This document shows, one piece after another, positions 57,190-64,000 of a DNA stretch of 64,000 bases (position 1 is its first letter; every line of letters starts with the position of its first letter). Position numbers and translations under genes: made by a program. This DNA is from Amoebidium appalachense (taxonomy: Eukaryota > Protista > Ichthyosporea): positions 744,001 through 808,000 of the forward strand of contig CAVNZM010000012.1 of NCBI GenBank assembly GCA_963693365.1, in the 5' to 3' direction. The notes under the pieces are model-generated. The model did not search any database and was not told the DNA's origin. It saw nothing but the letters and a program-made list of their open reading frames with translations.

Positions 57190-59085
57190 CTGAAAAAAAA
57201 AAAAACAGCCAGGTTAATGTATGTCTATTGGACTGGGCATAGGGCCCCATTTATCTAACGACCATAATCGTGGAGAGTGCATCTGTTGTTTTGAAAAAAA
57301 AAAAACATGAGGAAAACAAGAATAAGCAAGCAAGCGCAGGAAACATGCACAGGCACACACCTACACACTGGATATTAGCAGTGTCTAAGACCGAAGACAC
57401 AGGCACACACCGCATAGATATTAGCGCTAGCAGCCACACACAGCCAAATATGCACACGTACATTCACACACAGCCAAATATTGAGAATGCCCAGGACACA
57501 GGCACGTACATGCACACACAGCCAATAGAACGGATGTATGTAGGTGTCACCTTGCTCAGAAGATTGTGCAAGCCGTTTCCTGTGCAGGATGGTGTTGCAG
57601 GAACGGCTGCTGTTTGTGTGTGGTTGCCAGCAGCATAATTGCCTGGAGTAAGTGGACAGCCTACAATAAAACACCTGTGAAAGCATGATCGCTATTTTGA
57701 ATCTTTACCTCTCCTCTCCTCAACTTCAGTTCGAAGAGCTTTTCCTTGTCATTGTTCTCTTGAGGTCCCTCAGCGTCCACTCTTCAACTTGTGGTTTTTG
57801 TTTTTGCAAACCCTCATATTTTTTTTAGTACACATGGGGTTCCTCCCTCCTTTTATTCCTTTTGTTTGTATACTTATCACAGCCTTCCTAACAAAGAGTG
57901 CCCATGGCCACCGCATCCCAGCACGACCACCACGGCCCAACACGACCTAACACAGCCTACCGTACCCGAGGCCGGTCCCACAGAAACGACAAAGAAAGGA
58001 AAATAGGGTTTAGTACATTTAGGATTAGGGGTTACAGTTCAAATTTAGTCACTGTCGACCCGCAGGCTTTTCACACTCTCCGACCCGATTAATCCTGACC
58101 CACCCCGAAATGACCAGCGAGGTCAGCAGTGGCGATATTATCATACCCTACGTGTGTTCAGTGCGCCCAAACTTTAAGAGAACACACACACAGTGTTTCA
58201 AGTTGGCCGTCATGTGTTTCGATGGCCGTAGATGTTTCTTCAATTTGGCCGTAGGTAACTTAGTGCACTTCCTATTCCAAATCACTCACAGCAGCAGCAC
58301 ACATACGCGCACACACAGACGCCTCCAAGTCCACATGCAACCACATGCACTTCAATGAGTCAGCGGCACTGTCGGTGACTGTATTCAACATTTCAACCCC
58401 ATACATCAGACAAGTTTTCGGCCAGTCTGATGCTGATGGTGAAAAATGTTACAGGCTGTCAAAGAGATCTACACAATATATACTGTATGCATAATCTCTT
58501 AAGAATATGTATTTGCTAAAGAATACAATGTCATCTCATAATATACACAGATCGAGCATAGAGTAGTAGGGCTGAATGTGGAAGTGCATGCATCCGAAAG
58601 ACTACTCGAGGACTGAAAACTATACAATACTATGCAGGAAGCTACAAAACGAGTGGTGTCATACCCTGCAGCTCATCTTTTCTAATAATACACCGGCATG
58701 GGTGCCTGTAAACAACATGGTTTTCAGGTGGACACCTGCACACCCGATGCCTTTCCAAACATCACATTAACATTAACCGTTAAAATTACTGCACGAAGCA
58801 AAGAGGAAACCCGGCACAATCTGAAAACGACGGACCAAGAAAGGAGCAATGAGATATCAAGATCAGCCTCGCCAAGGCAAGTAAAACCCCTACCCAGGTT
58901 CTCTATTCACGTTCTTTACAGTTTGTAAAAGCACACCCACCATTTTTTCTCTCACTAAATTCTTGGTGCAAGCACCGTCTATGCGCTGATCTTTCCTGAA
59001 CAGTAGTAATAAGGCAAATCAGTAGTATACCTTAAAATCTCACGAGCAACATCGTCGAGAATCAACCCCCGTACGGGACACGTGC

Positions 59086-60403
59086 TCATTGGACAACCAC
59101 TTCCACATCATCCGTACACCCAGTCCATGGTCTTGGTGCGGGGACATGTGTGGGTGCGTACATGTGCAGCAGTTGGGGAAATATTTCGCCCTCAATCCAG
59201 CCCTTCCCGTAGTCCTCCCCGTCGATATCCAACAAGCTGCCTCCGTGTGGCTGATTGGGTTCCGGGTCGAGACGGAAAGCCTGGAAATGGGGGAGTGTTG
59301 GTTTCATGTTCTTCCGTGTTCCCTCTCTGCCATTTCGTTTTCCTTTCTGATACTGTCTCGAGCTCCATCAACCTCTTTACAAGCACCCAAAGTCACTTCC
59401 TGCTTCTCCTGTTCTCATCTTCAACCCCCCCCCCCCCCTCCCCCCCCCCCACCCACTCCCACACCCTCCCACGCATGAATTTGAAACATAGACGCACACA
59501 CATGCCCCCAGTCACCAGCCCACAAAACACATGCATACACACCCCGACATACCTTGCACTTGTGGTAGTTGATGTGCTTGTGGCTGACATGGGGTGCCGC
59601 GGGTCCATCCAGCAGTGTCCCAAGCATGATGCGGCGGCAGCTCTTGGTCGAAAACACCAAGTCAATCGTCCCATCTCTGTGTGACGCATGCGGCGCCAAG
59701 CAAAGATCTACGGCTGGCCAACCCAAGTTCATAGCACAAAAGAATGTGAAGTTTCCCCCCGCCCCTCGCCAATCTTCACGCGAGGAAGCTGCATGTGGGC
59801 CGGTAAGTTGGCGCTTGGGGCCACCTGCGTGGGGGTCTGACTCGGTGTACTCGGGTGGGGTGCAGGATGATGACTCCGGCTCAGCTGGCAGCCTGTTTTA
59901 AAGAGGCTGTGTTATTTCTTATACGAAAAGTTTGGAGTAACGTATATATCAACATCCTACATTTTGACGCAAGGCACAGAATGGGCTAACACAGTGCACA
60001 TAGTTCAATGCATACGCGGGCATCGTTCAAGCATACTTCGAACTTGTTGAAACCCAACAGGCTACTCAAACGAGGCCGGTGTTTTCCATCGTTGAGTAAA
60101 ACCTCGACGCTTCGACTCACTTCAAAAACGTCTTGGATACAAACCAGCCACCTACTACCAAGCAGACGACAAAAAAGCCAAGAACAAAGAGTATCACGTA
60201 CCAGTGCAACTTGCTTGGATACCGGCGCAGGAAAATGATGCGCAGCACCGCCCACATCTCCAGGCGAATGGGTCCCAGCCATCGCAAACGCTCACTTTGT
60301 AGATCGATGTCGGAGATGAGAGTCCACAGCAACTCTAAGTGGCTGTACACAACCCCACGTTCGGTCGTGTAGGCAACAATATCCAGGGGCTCTTGGTGTC
60401 CTG

Positions 60404-60450
<47 letters not shown>

Positions 60451-60778
60451 GAAGGCAATAAGGTGAGGCCCGGGTTGGATGTGTATGCTCGGTGGCAATG
60501 TATTCCACCACAACCAAGCTAATCTTAGCATCTTTTGAGTACACGTAAGGTCCAAGAACACATGCAACCACACACACACACACACCGCCCATCACAAGCA
60601 CACCCACACACCCACACACACAGCCACACCAGGGAGGTCACATACCTTTTATGACAGCCAGGGTGGCCCCCTCTGGTCCCTCCATGCCCATGGCCTTGAG
60701 TGTGCCGTTGCCACTGCCTGCAAAAACATGATTTGAACACTATCAACGTAAACCTATACCACCTAACCCCTTCCTTAT

Positions 60779-60829
<51 letters not shown>

Positions 60830-61282
60830 AAAAAAAAAAGAAAGAAAGAAAAAAAGAAAAAAAGAAAGAAAAAAGAAAGAAAGAAAGAAACCGGACCGGC
60901 ACATAATCGTAGTGTCTAGCCCCCACAACACACCCAGGCACAGACAAACCGGCAGGGATATTAGGGGTCCACACACCTGCAGGGATGATGGGAAAAACAC
61001 GCACCTGCGGGAATAATGCCCAGGGGAAGGGCCCTGGCCTGGGCCCAATCGCTGCGGGTCAGCAGGCCGTTGATGATTTCGTGCACAAGCCCGTCCCCAC
61101 TCACACACACAAGCCCGTCATAGTCGCTCAGGCTCAGACAGTGTACAATGTCCCATGCATGATGCCCACGCTCAGTTTCTGTAGAGAGAATGGCCGGGGT
61201 AAATGGGGCTGTTGATTTGATGTGTGTAGTAGCTGTGGTGAAAGGAAGACGTGCACATGCGAGGGCGTCTGTGTGTGTGTGT

Positions 61283-61321
<39 letters not shown>

Positions 61322-61325
61322 GTGT

Positions 61326-61357
<32 letters not shown>

Positions 61358-62265
61358 GTGTGTGTGTGTGTGTGTGTATGTGTGTGTGTATGTATGTATG
61401 TGTGTGTGTGTGTGTATGTGTGTGCGTGTGTGTGTGTGTGTGCGCGCGCGTACGTGTGCCAATCCGTGCCTACCTGCCTTCCTATGCATGCATCTATGTA
61501 CGTGTGTTGCACGAGCCACATTCGTTTTGTGTGTTTGCTCGCATGTGCTTTTTCTGTACTGTCTTCGTATACCTGGGTGCCTACAGATCCCCCCCCCACC
61601 CAACCACCCACCCATCCGTCTCAGGCCCCTTCCACCCCCCCCCCCCCCCCCCCCCCCCCCCTCCCAGACACAAACACACACCACACACAAAACTCGAGCC
61701 TCCCCCTCCCCTATCCCTTAGGCTATCAATTCCGCTGTTCTGAACATCTGCCACTCAAAGGTGCCAAACAAGAGGTGACCATAAACGGGAGAAGCGCAAA
61801 AAAAGCCAGCAGTGAGAATATGAAACACAAGCAAAACCCACCCATCATGGTGATGTCAAGGAACCCTGCACGGTCAAACATTCGCTTGGCGTTTGTGTAA
61901 ATCTTCCTCCCTTTTTTGGCACCGCCAAACGGGTTTACGAGCACAAGCAGCCGACGCCTGGATACTTTTTCTGTCACAGACAAGCATTCTCGTTAGTTAG
62001 AAGAACAAGCATTGCCGTTAGTTAGAAGAACAAGTATTACTTAAAGCTTCAGTTTCAGGTGTCCCCCCCCCCCCCCCCCTCCCCCCCCCCCCCCCCCCCA
62101 AAAAAAATAGAAAGAAGGAAAGAAAACGGGGGGGAAAGAAGCTCCTGCCCAACTGCCAACATGGTGTAAAGGTGCCCGTGCAAACGAAAGGGCACAGGGG
62201 CATATGCCTTGCACAGTGTGAAGAACGTTTCTCCAGGTACAATTTCCCGGTGCCTGCATGTTTGT

Positions 62266-62355
<90 letters not shown>

Positions 62356-63348
62356 AAACACGTGTCCTGCAACCGTGAAAGTGAATGTCGTCCTGTGTGT
62401 CGTGTGTGTGTGCGTGTGTGCGTGCAGACACACTTAAATCACGTACTAGCATATGGTGTGTGTGTGTACGACCATGCAGGCAACTATGACATCAGTGAGT
62501 GAGATGTTAAGAAACTAAAAAATTGGTCGAGGTGTTTGAGTAGAAAGCGGAGAAAGCTGATCGCGTCACCAGATAAGCTTCCCCCCCCCCGCAACCTCTC
62601 TCCTCTCTCCTCCCCATCTCCCCTGCCCCTCTCTGTCCCTGCCCCCCCCCCCCCCTCCCCCCCCCTCCCCCCCCCCCCCCCTCCCCCCCCCCCCTGCCCT
62701 CCTCCCGCCTCCCCCTTACCAAACCCGCTCGTGGTGTACATACACAGTTACACCAAACCACCCACCCATCAACACACATTCTTCTTCCCCACCACCTCCA
62801 CAAACCAATCAACCCCAGACACCACCCACCTTGAACGCTGCGTGTAGCAATCCACGAATGCAGGGCCGACAGGACGGCCGGCCCCGACTCTGTGTTTGTC
62901 AGCACCAAAGAGTACACCTGCGCCTTGCGCTTCAAGCCCTTCTTCGCCTGCAAAATAGACACCGTGCGAATGAATAACAAAACAGCTATACACACCTATC
63001 AGCATCCATACAGCATTTATACATAAGAACGGGCACAACACGTAGATAGTGTATGTGAACGTGCATGCTATTGTGTGGGTACATAAGTGGATGGGCGTGC
63101 GTGTGCTGGGTTGCCATGCATTCGTTTGTGCCAAGTGCTCAGGCGCGCTCTGCACATGTTGGGTCAGTATCCTGTGGCCGTAAACAGGATGTCAAGCACC
63201 TGTCCACGGCTCACGAGAAAAAGGATCAGCCCCTTGTAGGGTGGGGCAGTGGGGTTTGGGTGAAAGGAAAGGCACCTAGCCACTTAGGGAGAAAGGGAGA
63301 TGAGAGGGAGGCGGAAGGGAAGAGTGGGTGTAGGTGTGGGGAGGGGAG

Positions 63349-63380
<32 letters not shown>

Positions 63381-63504
63381 GAGGGGGGGGGGGGAGGGGG
63401 GGGAGCTTTCGAACAGACCTCCATGGTGTGAACGAGCAAACGGTCAGCCTTGGTCTCTGCACCGTACACATCATACCATGCCAGGTCCAGAAGCCCTATT
63501 TTGT
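59086..63504 (-). CDS. SPHK: Sphingosine kinase (SPHK/LCB4 family, DAGK catalytic domain); 5' end further upstream
   Basis: Exons 63504-63419, 62947-62830, 61970-61842, 61178-61005, 60717-60646, 60400-60202, 59892-59553 and 59280-59086 are in phase. Motifs: [51 protein letters not shown]...DGTIDL, DIDGE. Confidence 0.93.
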
Positions 63505-63686
63505 CTGCGCAAAAAAAGTGAGAAACCACCAAATAAAAAAGGTGCGAGCGTTTGAGTCACTTCTCAGAGGGTTGGTTAGCAGCTCAAACTTCTAGTTATG
63601 TTCTCACTGGAGTGTTAACTGAGTGTGCCACGTAATCTTGCAAAGATGCAAAACTAAATCTTTGCCCATTCAAATCCCCCCCGCCG

Positions 63687-63752
<66 letters not shown>

Positions 63753-64000
63753 ACCCTCTTTAGCATCCCCCCCCCCCCCCCCTCCCCCCCCCTTTCCCCT
63801 CCCTCCCTCCCCTCCAACAAACACACACACACGCAAAAACACTCACCACCAGTAGCAAACAGAAGAAAAAACAAACGACAAGGGAAAAAAGAGAAAAGAC
63901 GCAAAACTCCCACTGGGGAAGCCCCTGGCTATATGCACATGTGAGGTGGGAACAAGCACCCGGTATGCTGTCATACCCGTTGTTAAGACATCAGAGTTGC

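Noticed and set aside
58004-58032. Interstitial TTAGGG-like words (also at 4454-4470 and 34503-34520)
   Set aside because: Only one to three degenerate units each, which is not a telomeric array.

Overview
Eukaryotic nuclear DNA that is very rich in (CA/TG)n, (GA/CT)n and poly-G/poly-C tracts, so most ORFs in the supplied track are low-complexity artefacts. The gene set suggests a unicellular opisthokont, possibly an ichthyosporean (inference only). Hand-spliced, phase-consistent host genes are: the 3' part of an unknown membrane-protein gene (+), POMP/UMP1 (-), a 532-aa uncharacterised membrane/coiled-coil protein (-), ESCO/Eco1 cohesin acetyltransferase (-), an RGS protein (-), LIPT2/LipB (-) head-to-head with an SDR oxidoreductase (+), and a sphingosine kinase (-) with a downstream partial pseudogene copy. 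Accessory DNA comprises a MITE with 16-bp TIRs, an internally deleted Helitron with both termini (13329-16215), and an AT-rich mitochondrion-derived mosaic (17301-19704) of cox3, cox1 and cob pieces with three group I intron cores. One intron core carries a 5'-truncated LINE-like insertion bounded by an exact 11-bp target-site duplication. The most unusual signal is that this insertion ends in oligo-C rather than poly-A, and four copies of a separate dispersed repeat also end in C-rich tracts. This raises the untested hypothesis of C-tailed retroelements feeding the genome's poly-C/G tracts.
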